A DNA stretch of 29,747 bases from positions 1 to 29,747 of the forward strand of contig CAYMPD010000005.1 of assembly GCA_964392445.1 (NCBI GenBank), written 5' to 3'. The position numbers and the translations under genes were made by a program. The notes beneath the pieces were generated by a model, which saw nothing but the letters and a program-made list of their open reading frames with translations, searched no databases and was not told where the DNA came from. Every line of letters begins with the position of its first letter. Within the stretch, counting starts at the first letter, position 1. Source of the DNA: an uncultured archaeon. GTDB taxonomy: Archaea > Aenigmatarchaeota > Aenigmatarchaeia > CG10238-14. Shown in pieces: positions 1 to 8,231 of the stretch.

Positions 1-1073
1 TCGATGAACTCTATTCCAAGTTCCTCTTCAACAAAGGTTTTCTTTGGTTCCATTAATCTTTCTCTGATTAAAGCTTCTGTTTCTTTGACTCCAGTTACCA
101 CAACTAATACTCTTACGGTTTCTGCGAGATCTTTATTTACTTGAGCACCCCAAATTATCTTCGCTTCCTCGTTCAATCTTCCGGAAACCGCTTCTACAAC
201 TTGCTGTGCTTCACGGATTGTTATATCTGGTCCACCTGTGACATTGATCAATGCTCCTTCGGCACCTTCTATGTCTAAAGAAAGTAATGGGTTACTTAAT
301 GCCTTTTCAACGGCTTCTATTCCCCTGTTTTCTGTATCTGATTCTCCCATACCAATCATTGCCAAACCTCCGTTGCTCATTACTGATCTAACATCTGCCA
401 AGTCCAAATTAATTAAACCTGGTTTTGTTATCAATTCTGCTATTCCTTTAACTGAGTTAACAAGAATTTCATCAGCAACCTTGAATGCAGTTGCTAAAGA
501 GACATCAGGAACTATTTCAAGTAATCTATCATTCGGTATAACTATAATCGTATCAACTGATTTTCTTAATCCTTCTAATCCTTCTGTAGCATTTCTCATT
601 CTTATTTTTCCTTCCATTGTGAATGGTAAAGTAACAATAGCAACTGTTAAAATATCCATTTTCTTTGCGGTTTCAGCTATAATTGGTAAAGATCCTGTAC
701 CTGTACCTCCACCTAAACCACAAGTAACAAAAACCATATCAGATCCTTTTACCATTGCTTTAATGTCTTCTCTACTTTCCTTAGCTGACTCTTCTCCTAC
801 TCTTGGGTCTCCACCTGCTCCTAGTCCACCAGTAGTTTCCTCACCTATTAAAAGTTTTTTATCAGCATCAGAATAAAGAAGGTCTTGAGCATCGGTATTC
901 ATTGCAATAATTTCCACACCTTCTATACCTACTTGCATCATTCTTGTGACAGTGTTGTTACCAGCACCACCAGAACCTATAACTTTAATATTTTCCCTCT
1001 TCTTATTAAGAAAAGCCTTAAGTTTTTGATCTACTTTAGATAATCTTCCTCCATTTCTTCGTGGTACAGCCAT
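1..1073 (-). CDS. ftsZ: Cell division GTPase FtsZ (3' end truncated by the window edge)
   Basis: Hand translation from ATG at 1073: MAVPRRNGGRLSKVDQKLKAFLNKRRENIKVIGSGGAGNN...NTDAQDL...GLGAGGDP...CGLGGGTGTGS (tubulin signature)...PGLINLDFADV (T7 loop)...EEELGIEFI. The frame is open to base 1. Absent from the ORF track because the stop lies outside the window. Confidence 0.98.
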   Translation of the reverse strand, partial: MAVPRRNGGRLSKVDQKLKAFLNKKRENIKVIGSGGAGNNTVTRMMQVGIEGVEIIAMNTDAQDLLYSDADKKLLIGEETTGGLGAGGDPRVGEESAKESREDIKAMVKGSDMVFVTCGLGGGTGTGSLPIIAETAKKMDILTVAIVTLPFTMEGKIRMRNATEGLEGLRKSVDTIIVIPNDRLLEIVPDVSLATAFKVADEILVNSVKGIAELITKPGLINLDLADVRSVMSNGGLAMIGMGESDTENRGIEAVEKALSNPLLSLDIEGAEGALINVTGGPDITIREAQQVVEAVSGRLNEEAKIIWGAQVNKDLAETVRVLVVVTGVKETEALIRERLMEPKKTFVEEELGIEFI

Positions 1074-1082
1074 AAACTTTTT

Positions 1083-1088
1083 ACCTCC
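1083..1088 (-). promoter_or_regulatory. Shine-Dalgarno site (GGAGGT) upstream of ftsZ
   Basis: Minus strand reads TAGGAGGTAAAAAGTTTATG, placing GGAGGT 9 nt before the ftsZ ATG. Confidence 0.75.
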
Positions 1089-1155
1089 TAACAGTTATTA
1101 CAAACTATATCATTTAAGGGTAGTTAAATTTAAATCTTTTACTAGAATTATTTTC

Positions 1156-1187
1156 TATCTAAGTTAAGTTTTTTTAACTTCTAAGAT
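1156..1187 (-). terminator. Possible AT-rich hairpin/T-tract just downstream of the PCNA stop
   Basis: Inverted repeat AAGTTAA (1161-1167)/TTAACTT (1174-1180), extendable with a bulge (TATCT/AGATA). AT-only stems arise easily by chance here. Confidence 0.25.
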
Positions 1188-1190
1188 AAA

Positions 1191-1940
1191 TTAATCCTCT
1201 GTGACTCTAGGAGCTAATATAAAACCAAGTGAAACCTTGTCAACACTTGAGAAATCCAGTCTCATAGGATAATCCTTGGACCATTTTATGACGGTTTCAT
1301 CAGTGAGTTTAGATGCTTTTATCATCTTTTTTAAATATTCTAATGGGTATCTCGAAACGACATTCCCTGTTACACTGAAATCGATTAAACTTTTATTTTT
1401 CTTTTGTAAGCTTAGCTCTGTAGATGTTATATCTCCAGTGGCTTTCATGCTGAATTTTTCCTCGTTTGCACCTAAAACAACAGAATCAGCTACTACGTCT
1501 GCATCATCTATTCCACTTTTAAAAACGTCTGTCTTTAGCTTTACTTTGGCCTTGAAATCTAAATCTTCAATTGGTGGTATCTCTTCTTCTGATATTTCAA
1601 GTAAAGGAACTGTGAATTTTCTTTTTGAAGAATTTTCTATTACTATTTCCAATTTGTTGTCTTTTAATTCCATTTTTAACTTATCTTTGGATTTTACTCT
1701 CTTCAATATAGAAACCAAGTTTGAAATGTTGACTGGTATTTTTTTCTCTTCTTTTACCTCAAATTTATCAAATACTGTTGGCGGAAGTTTAAAATCAACA
1801 ACCGCAACCATAGCTCTGTCCGCAGCAATTAAAGACATCCCATTTTTATCTACCTTAAAAATACCCTCATCTATCAGTTCACCTATAGTTGTTACAGAAT
1901 CCTTAAGCACATCCGGTTTGGACATTACAGCTTTGAACAT
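1191..1940 (-). CDS. pcn: DNA polymerase sliding clamp PCNA
   Basis: About 249 aa, MFKAV...IGELIDEGIFKVDKNGMSLIAADRAMVAVVDFKL...YPLEYLKKMIKA...KWSKDYPMRL...FILAPRV, the typical archaeal PCNA pattern. ATG at 1940 is preceded by GGGGTGA and overlaps the upstream TGA. Confidence 0.97.
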   Translation of the reverse strand: MFKAVMSKPDVLKDSVTTIGELIDEGIFKVDKNGMSLIAADRAMVAVVDFKLPPTVFDKFEVKEEKKIPVNISNLVSILKRVKSKDKLKMELKDNKLEIVIENSSKRKFTVPLLEISEEEIPPIEDLDFKAKVKLKTDVFKSGIDDADVVADSVVLGANEEKFSMKATGDITSTELSLQKKNKSLIDFSVTGNVVSRYPLEYLKKMIKASKLTDETVIKWSKDYPMRLDFSSVDKVSLGFILAPRVTED

Positions 1941-2269
1941 CAATTCACCCCCATTTTATTATACAATTTGTTCACTTTCTTACAAAGATTTACATTCAAA
2001 TCAGATAAATCTTGGACAATATCCGCTCTTAACTCAAACCCTTGGTCAGTTGGCAATACTGAACCAAATACCCTGACTAACTGGTTTAAATCGACTTTAT
2101 CCATTATATTAGGTAGGTCTACAAATACTTGAAGTTTTCCACTACCATCATCCATAACTAAAGTATCATCTTTTTTGTCAACAACTACTCCCATCACCTT
2201 TATTCTCATATCACTGTCTGGATTAACTTCGGATATTTTTCTCGTGTTGTAATGATTTGGATTTGGCAT
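1940..2269 (-). CDS. Single OB-fold protein, replication protein A small-subunit (RPA14/RPA3)-like
   Basis: 109 aa: RKISEV...RIKVMGVVVDKKDDTLVMDDGSGKLQV...LVRVFG...LRADIVQDL is an OB-fold pattern with a C-terminal helix. Coupled to PCNA. Confidence 0.75.
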   Translation of the reverse strand: MPNPNHYNTRKISEVNPDSDMRIKVMGVVVDKKDDTLVMDDGSGKLQVFVDLPNIMDKVDLNQLVRVFGSVLPTDQGFELRADIVQDLSDLNVNLCKKVNKLYNKMGVN

Positions 2270-2320
2270 AAGGTATAATTGGGGATTAAGATATAAATTG
2301 GTAAAGAATATTAGATTTCC
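2270..2320. promoter_or_regulatory. Compact divergent promoter with one central TATA element (ATATAAAT, ~2291-2298)
   Basis: 51-bp gap between divergent ATGs. ATATAAAT on + and ATTTATAT on - lie about 22 nt from each start. Confidence 0.5.
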
Positions 2321-2641
2321 ATGACTGGTGAATTACAGGAATTAGGTGAAGAACTAAACCGTATATGTTGTCGATTATCATATTTAAGACAGAAAAGAGC
2401 GATAATTAATTCTATCTATAGAGGAGATGTCAATAGAATCAGAGGATTCATCTCTCTTTACGGAAAAGAAGCGTTAATAGAGATTCCTGAAGATCCTTTT
2501 TATAGGGCATGCTGGTTACATGACTATGAAGGATTTTTAGAATATAAAAGTCTAATCCGAGAACTCGAAGATGAAGAAGATCGACTGACAAATGAATATG
2601 AGCCTTTACTTGAAAGAATCAGAACATTAAAAGCTACATAA
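2321..2641 (+). CDS. Hypothetical protein, predicted helical/coiled-coil
   Basis: 106-aa ORF with heptad-like charged helices at both ends and a TATA-like box upstream. No family recognised. Confidence 0.6.
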   Translation: MTGELQELGEELNRICCRLSYLRQKRAIINSIYRGDVNRIRGFISLYGKEALIEIPEDPFYRACWLHDYEGFLEYKSLIRELEDEEDRLTNEYEPLLERIRTLKAT

Positions 2642-2701
2642 ATAACTCATTGACTAAACAACAACCATTTAACTTTTCTTGACAAAAAACTAACAGATTA
2701 T

Positions 2702-3844
2702 ATGCTCGAAATGGCTCTAAGAAATGTATTTCGTCAAAAAGCTAGAACAGCTTTAACAGTTCTGGGAGTGATGATAGGTATAGCTGCGATAGTTGCTTTG
2801 GGGTCACTGTCCGAAGGATTGAGGGTCCAAATAACTAAAAACCTAGAACAAGCAAGTGGTATAATAACTGTAACAGAAGAATCGGATCAAGGTCTTTTTG
2901 TAGGTATGACAACTAGTGAATTGACTCAAGAAACTGTAGATGAGATAGGGCAAATAGATGGTATAAGGGAATATACACCTGTTGTTTATGAAGTAGGATA
3001 TTTAGATGAAGATTCTGTTGGATTTGGGCAACCGACCTTGTTTGAAGCTGGGGTAAGACCAGAAGATATCGAGTTATATACCACGGAAGCTGCTGTGCTT
3101 GATGAGGGTGAAATTCTCGATGAAGGAGATACTGATTATGCGATGATGGGATATACCATTTCTCAAGAATTAGATTTAGAAGTGGGAGATTTGGTTACGG
3201 TTGAGGAAAGAGATTTTATAATCAAAGGTATTTATGAGGAATTTGGATATCCTGGACTTGATAGTGGTATAATAATTCCTCTTGAAATTGCATTGGATTT
3301 ATTTGAAAGAGACACTTATTCGGCTGTAGTTGTCTATCCAGAAGATTTGGATGAAGTTGAAGCTTTAGCGAATGATATTGAAGATACAGTTGAAGGTGTC
3401 TCAGCATTCACCACAGCAGAATTTGCAAAACAGATCCAAAACATAGTTGATCAGATAGGATTTTTCACAATAGGAATAGCTGCAATATCTGCAATAGTTG
3501 GTGGTTTAGGTGTTATGAACACGATGATAATGTCTGTGATGGAGAGAAGAAGGGAGATAGGTGTACTGAAAGCCATAGGTGCAACGAATAGTTATGTGTT
3601 AAGAATGATACTAATTGAATCTGCTATAATTAGTTTAATTGGGGGGTTACTTGGTCTAGGAATAGGGTATCTTGGTTCAAATGCTCTCAAATATCTGACA
3701 GGAGGACAAGCCGAAGGTATAGTTACACTTAGATTGATTATTTATTCGATGGCATTTGCGTTATTTTTAGGAATAGTTGGTGGTTTATATCCTGCCAACA
3801 GGGCATCTAAACTAAGTCCCGTGGAGGCGTTGAGATATGAATAA
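2702..3844 (+). CDS. ABC exporter permease, MacB/LolE/FtsX-like family
   Basis: N-terminal ALRNVFRQKARTALTVLGVMIGIAAIV, large extracellular domain, NTMIMSVMERRREIGVLKAIGA motif, C-terminal YPANRASKLSPVEALRYE. Confidence 0.93.
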   Translation: MLEMALRNVFRQKARTALTVLGVMIGIAAIVALGSLSEGLRVQITKNLEQASGIITVTEESDQGLFVGMTTSELTQETVDEIGQIDGIREYTPVVYEVGYLDEDSVGFGQPTLFEAGVRPEDIELYTTEAAVLDEGEILDEGDTDYAMMGYTISQELDLEVGDLVTVEERDFIIKGIYEEFGYPGLDSGIIIPLEIALDLFERDTYSAVVVYPEDLDEVEALANDIEDTVEGVSAFTTAEFAKQIQNIVDQIGFFTIGIAAISAIVGGLGVMNTMIMSVMERRREIGVLKAIGATNSYVLRMILIESAIISLIGGLLGLGIGYLGSNALKYLTGGQAEGIVTLRLIIYSMAFALFLGIVGGLYPANRASKLSPVEALRYE

Positions 3845-4517
3845 AGCGGTTATCAAAACAAATGACCTTTGTAAATATTATAATAAAGGTAAGCACAACG
3901 AGGTTAGAGCAATAGAGAAGGTAGATATAGAAATATCAAAGGGGGATTTTATCTCAGTAATAGGTCCTTCTGGTAGCGGTAAAAGTACCTTACTCCATAT
4001 GATTGGTTTACTAGACAGACCAACCTGTGGGAAGATTTATTTTGATGGGAAGGATGTATCTAAACTTAATGATGACCAAATGGCTAAAATAAGACGGGAG
4101 AAGGTAGGATTTGTATTTCAACAGTTCAATCTTATTCCATTGTTGACCGCTCTTGAGAATGTAGAATTACCTATGACTATCAACGGACACAATAAAATAG
4201 ATACAAAGAAAAGAGCAAAAGAGATATTGAAAAAAGTAGGGCTCGGTCATAGACTAAATAATCGACCGCCTCAACTCTCAGGAGGGGAGAAACAAAGAGT
4301 TGCAATAGCAAGGGCACTAGCAAATGATCCAGAAATAATATTTGCGGATGAACCAACCGGAAACTTAGACACCAAAACAGGAAAGGAAATTATAAATCTT
4401 TTAAGGAGAATGGATAGGAAGGGTTTCACTCTAGCCATTATAACTCATGATCAAAGGATAGCCAAAGTAGCGGAAAGGATAATAAATATAAAGGACGGTA
4501 AAATAGTTAAGAGGTAA
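3837..4517 (+). CDS. ABC exporter ATP-binding subunit (LolD/MacB-like)
   Basis: Walker A GPSGSGKST, GFVFQQFNL, signature LSGGEKQRV, Walker B IFADEPTGNLD, ITHD switch. Overlaps the permease stop. Confidence 0.96.
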   Translation: MNKAVIKTNDLCKYYNKGKHNEVRAIEKVDIEISKGDFISVIGPSGSGKSTLLHMIGLLDRPTCGKIYFDGKDVSKLNDDQMAKIRREKVGFVFQQFNLIPLLTALENVELPMTINGHNKIDTKKRAKEILKKVGLGHRLNNRPPQLSGGEKQRVAIARALANDPEIIFADEPTGNLDTKTGKEIINLLRRMDRKGFTLAIITHDQRIAKVAERIINIKDGKIVKR

Positions 4518-4522
4518 TTAAA

Positions 4523-5644
4523 ATGAAGAAAAAATTGTTTTTGCTCGTATTTTTAGGGATTTTGTTAGTTCCAATAGCATTTGGTAATCAATTTAAATTA
4601 AAAGTAGATACAGCCTATACTGATCCTTATCCTGTAGAACCCGGTCAGAATTTTATATTAGCTATAGATGTTTCTAACAATGGGACTGAGGAAATTGGTC
4701 TAGGTTATATTGAATTAAATCCTAATTATCCCTTCACTGTATTGGAAAATAAGAGAGTGGATATTAAAAATTTAGGCCCTTGGGACAGGAGAACGATAGA
4801 GTATGATATGTTTGTTGATTCTGGTGCTGTTTCAACGGTTTACGAAATTCCTGTTAGTATAGTATATAATAATGGTGACACAGTTATCAATAAGAAAATT
4901 ACTGTTAGAGTTCAAGGAACACCACAATTTGAAGTCCTGGCTATCCGAAGTGATAAAATAAGTCCAGGTGATAGAGAAAATTTGAGTGTTCATGTTCAAA
5001 ACGTTGGAACTGGTATGGCAAAGAAGATGACAGCAACCTTGACTGTGAGTTCTGAATACATTAAACCTATATTTTCTGGTGGTAGTGTTTATTTAGATTC
5101 ATTTGAAATTAATGAAAAGGATTGGGTTACTTTTGATATATTGGTTGATCAGGATGCAGAGTATGGTGTTTATACGGGAACACTTGCACTTACTTACAAA
5201 GATGAAGCGGGAACTGAACACACAAGTAACCATAGTATAGGAATCTTAGTAAGCGGAGAACCGACTTTTGATGTCGTTAAAACAGAAATAGATCAGGAAG
5301 ATAAAGAATTGGAAGTTGAGGTAATTAACTCTGGAACTGCAAAGGCATTGGCAATAACAGGGGAGTTGTGGCTGAATGGAGATTTATCTGATACAGATTA
5401 CGTCACACAAGTGAAAATAGATAAAAAATCAATTCTGAAATTCAATCTACCTGGAAAAGTTACAACTGGTAAGTTAGTGTTAAAATACAAAGGATCGGAA
5501 AATGAATTATATGAACAAGAATTAAATGTGGCTTGGGAAGCCCAAAGACCCAACACTACTCTGATTTTGATAGGGGTTTTGGTAATTGCTACTGTTGTTA
5601 TCTGGAAGAAACCATGGAAAAAATTGAAGTGGTTCAAGAAGTGA
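4523..5644 (+). CDS. Secreted Ig-like beta-sandwich protein with C-terminal membrane anchor (COG1361 S-layer-domain-like)
   Basis: Signal peptide MKKKLFLLVFLGILLVPIAFG, repeated P..V.PG...L.I.V.N.G units, C-terminal TM plus basic tail. This type of gene commonly accompanies such ABC exporters in archaea. Confidence 0.75.
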   Translation: MKKKLFLLVFLGILLVPIAFGNQFKLKVDTAYTDPYPVEPGQNFILAIDVSNNGTEEIGLGYIELNPNYPFTVLENKRVDIKNLGPWDRRTIEYDMFVDSGAVSTVYEIPVSIVYNNGDTVINKKITVRVQGTPQFEVLAIRSDKISPGDRENLSVHVQNVGTGMAKKMTATLTVSSEYIKPIFSGGSVYLDSFEINEKDWVTFDILVDQDAEYGVYTGTLALTYKDEAGTEHTSNHSIGILVSGEPTFDVVKTEIDQEDKELEVEVINSGTAKALAITGELWLNGDLSDTDYVTQVKIDKKSILKFNLPGKVTTGKLVLKYKGSENELYEQELNVAWEAQRPNTTLILIGVLVIATVVIWKKPWKKLKWFKK

Positions 5645-5672
5645 TATATTTCTTTTCTCACTAATTAGATTT

Positions 5673-6059
5673 ATGTTAAAATTTGAACGTGCACATGATA
5701 TTCAAGTTAAAATTAACAGGTTATTGTCGGTTCTGGATTTTCCGCATATTGAAAGAAAAAGAGTTGTTTGTATGAGGAGTTGGGGTTCTAAGTCTAAGGC
5801 AATAGCAAGGATATGGAGTATGCCGAGGATTTGGCAGAAAGCTTTGGGGATAAAGTCACATTATGTTATTGAAGTTATTTCTGAGAAGTTTGATAAGTTA
5901 GATGAAGAAGAGCGAGAGAAGACTTTGATTCACGAATTAATGCATATACCCAAGACTTTTAGCGGTGCTTTAGTTCCACATAAGTGTTTTGGAAAGAAGA
6001 TTGATGATGAGTCCGTTGAGAAGATTTATAGGGAATATAAGAGTAAAGTGAGTGGTTGA
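5673..6059 (+). CDS. Small putative zinc metallopeptidase (phage-type HExxH family)
   Basis: 128 aa with YVIEVISEKFDKLDEEEREKTLIHELMHIP (HExxH at 5931) followed by LVPH. Confidence 0.75.
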   Translation: MLKFERAHDIQVKINRLLSVLDFPHIERKRVVCMRSWGSKSKAIARIWSMPRIWQKALGIKSHYVIEVISEKFDKLDEEEREKTLIHELMHIPKTFSGALVPHKCFGKKIDDESVEKIYREYKSKVSG

Positions 6060-6101
6060 TTGTAAAAAAAATATTTTAAGTCCTAAAATCAAGTTTATTC
6101 T

Positions 6102-7337
6102 ATGAAAAAACTGTTTTCAATCTTTCTCATCCTTTTAACACTTAATCCAACTTTTGTTATCGCTACCAAAACCGTTTACTTCAGTTCAAATTACCAGGAA
6201 GAAGATGGTGAACCTGTTAAGTTCTACTCAGTTCCTTCTGGAAGGGTAATGGGAAAAGGCGGTGAACTTTATTACATTATCGCTGATCATCTTGGTTCAA
6301 CTACGATTGTTACTGATTCTTCTGGGAATAAAGTCGGTGAGATGAGTTATTATCCTTATGGCTCTACTTTTTCTTCTGAGGGTGATGTTCCCACAGAAAA
6401 GAAATATACCGGCCAGATTCTTGATGATTCTACTGGTTATTACTTTTACAATGCACGTTACTATAATCCTGAGGTTGCCAATTTTCTTTCTCCTGATATG
6501 GCTGGTGATGGGTATAGGTATGCTAATAATAATCCCGTGATGTATAGTGATCCTAGTGGGAATATGGTTGAGATGGGAGGAGGTTATGGTGGTGGTGGGC
6601 CTTCTGTTTATCTTCCAACAATTCTTCGAAGTCAGGAACAATCTTCCCCCGAGCCTACATGTTTAGGGATGGGTGGAGAGTGGTTAGAAGCAGCATTGAT
6701 ATCCCAAGAGGGTGGGATTCCCGAAGAAGAAGTTGGAAATGAAGAATATTTAAATCAGATTTATGAAAAATATGAGGTCTCTCCGGCTAGACAAATGGCT
6801 GAACTTTATGGTTTGGCTCTTTCTTCTCCAGCTCCTGGTACAAATTTAGGTCTGGGAGCCAAAACCTTGTTGAAAAGATTTCATGGTAAACTAGGATTAA
6901 ATCAACTGGACGAAGCAGCACAGTTAATTAATGCAGGTAAAAAGGAGGAGGGGATACAGTTAATTGAGAAAGTTGCTAAAGAAGCAGGTTTTGATCCTAA
7001 AATTGCTAGGAATTACGGAGAATATAGGAAGATGTTAGAGGAGTTTGGTAGAGCACAAGGATTGAGAGAGAGAGAAATAATAGATTTAATTTCAAAAGCT
7101 GGTGGTTTTCAGCAGGGAAGTGAAATATATGCTTATACAGGATCAAATGCTCGTACAGCTTTACATGAAGTAACCCACGCTCTAATTCAAAATGCAGGTA
7201 TTGGTGAGTCAACAAAAATAGGGGGAGTAATGAGTGAATCTATTGTTTATTCTTATGAGTATACTGTAGGAACTCTCACAAGAGAACAAGCATGGAAGGG
7301 GTTCATAAGTTCTGCAAGACATATTGCTTATCAGTGA
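6102..7337 (+). CDS. Secreted short RHS-repeat-associated-core protein with C-terminal HExxH domain
   Basis: Signal peptide, then YYIIADHLGSTTIVTD..G...YYPYG...KYTGQILDDSTGYYFYNARYYNP...FLSPD...YRYANNNPVMYSDPSGN (RHS core, DPxG at 6549), a Gly-rich linker, and ALHEVTH (7164-7178). Confidence 0.88.
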   Translation: MKKLFSIFLILLTLNPTFVIATKTVYFSSNYQEEDGEPVKFYSVPSGRVMGKGGELYYIIADHLGSTTIVTDSSGNKVGEMSYYPYGSTFSSEGDVPTEKKYTGQILDDSTGYYFYNARYYNPEVANFLSPDMAGDGYRYANNNPVMYSDPSGNMVEMGGGYGGGGPSVYLPTILRSQEQSSPEPTCLGMGGEWLEAALISQEGGIPEEEVGNEEYLNQIYEKYEVSPARQMAELYGLALSSPAPGTNLGLGAKTLLKRFHGKLGLNQLDEAAQLINAGKKEEGIQLIEKVAKEAGFDPKIARNYGEYRKMLEEFGRAQGLREREIIDLISKAGGFQQGSEIYAYTGSNARTALHEVTHALIQNAGIGESTKIGGVMSESIVYSYEYTVGTLTREQAWKGFISSARHIAYQ

Positions 7338-7541
7338 GGAGATAAAAAACAAGATCCATTAACCTCCTCTTTCCCATCCCCAAAAAGAAAACGATCTCCC
7401 AACCACTCCTAGAAAATTCCTCATCCAAAACCCGTATGATAATTCATACACAATATTCACTGAGTGTTTAATCCAAACCCCGTTATCTAAAACAGAAAAC
7501 TGATAAAATAAACAAAAACATAACCTAAAAATATTCCTCTG

Positions 7542-8231
7542 TCAGAGTTTCGGTAAATATTCTTTAAGCAACCCCCTTGGCTTCCCAGATTTCACTAATT
7601 CCCCATCTTCAATCACAACCATCCTATTACAAATATCGACCACCTCAAGAGCATCATGAGAAACATAAACCATAGTCAAACTATATTCCTTTCGTAAGGA
7701 TTTCAAAAGCTTTTTAATTTCATTTTTAAGATAAATATCAAGTGAAGATAAGGGCTCGTCCAGAAGAATTATATCCGATCTCTGTGCTAGTGATCTCGCA
7801 ATTGCTAATCTTTGTTTTTCGCCACCAGATAATTCTTCAGGTTTCGACTTGAGATGGTCTTCTAATCCAACCATTTTCAAGATATTTTCAATCTCTTTTC
7901 CACTATTCTTTCCCAAAATAAATTCCAAATGTTCCTCAGCATTCATATGCGGCCAAAGTGCTAAATCTTGAAAAATGAATGATATGTTTCTCTTCTCTGG
8001 CGGGGTAAACTTTTTTCCCGAGTTTACTCTTTTACCTCTCAAGTAAACATTACCAAAATCTGGTCTTTCCAATCCTGCAATAATCCTGAGAAGAGTTGTT
8101 TTTCCTGAACCCGAGGATCCGAATACACTAAATATCTCACCTTCTTTAACCTCAAGACTGATATCTTTCAATGCTTCTTTTCCATTAAACTCCTTACTAA
8201 CATTTGCCAGTCGAATTACATTATCAGTCAT
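7542..8231 (-). CDS. ABC importer ATP-binding subunit (FbpC/PotA-like, short form)
   Basis: GSSGSGKTT, FQDLALWPHM, LSGGEKQRL, ILLDEP, VSHD. At 229 aa it lacks a C-terminal regulatory extension. Confidence 0.93.
   Translation of the reverse strand: MTDNVIRLANVSKEFNGKEALKDISLEVKEGEIFSVFGSSGSGKTTLLRIIAGLERPDFGNVYLRGKRVNSGKKFTPPEKRNISFIFQDLALWPHMNAEEHLEFILGKNSGKEIENILKMVGLEDHLKSKPEELSGGEKQRLAIARSLAQRSDIILLDEPLSSLDIYLKNEIKKLLKSLRKEYSLTMVYVSHDALEVVDICNRMVVIEDGELVKSGKPRGLLKEYLPKL

Noticed and set aside
238-876. 212-aa + strand ORF
   Set aside because: Antisense shadow of ftsZ, which is the clearly conserved reading on the - strand.
1276-2076. 266-aa + strand ORF
   Set aside because: Antisense to PCNA and the OB-fold gene. 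Ser/Phe/Ile-rich composition is typical of a shadow frame.
2702-4517. Calling the ABC pair FtsEX because it lies near ftsZ
   Set aside because: Motifs fit the broad MacB/LolDE-type exporter family with a COG1361-like partner. Nothing specific to FtsE/FtsX was seen, and the pair is on the opposite strand, separated by other genes.
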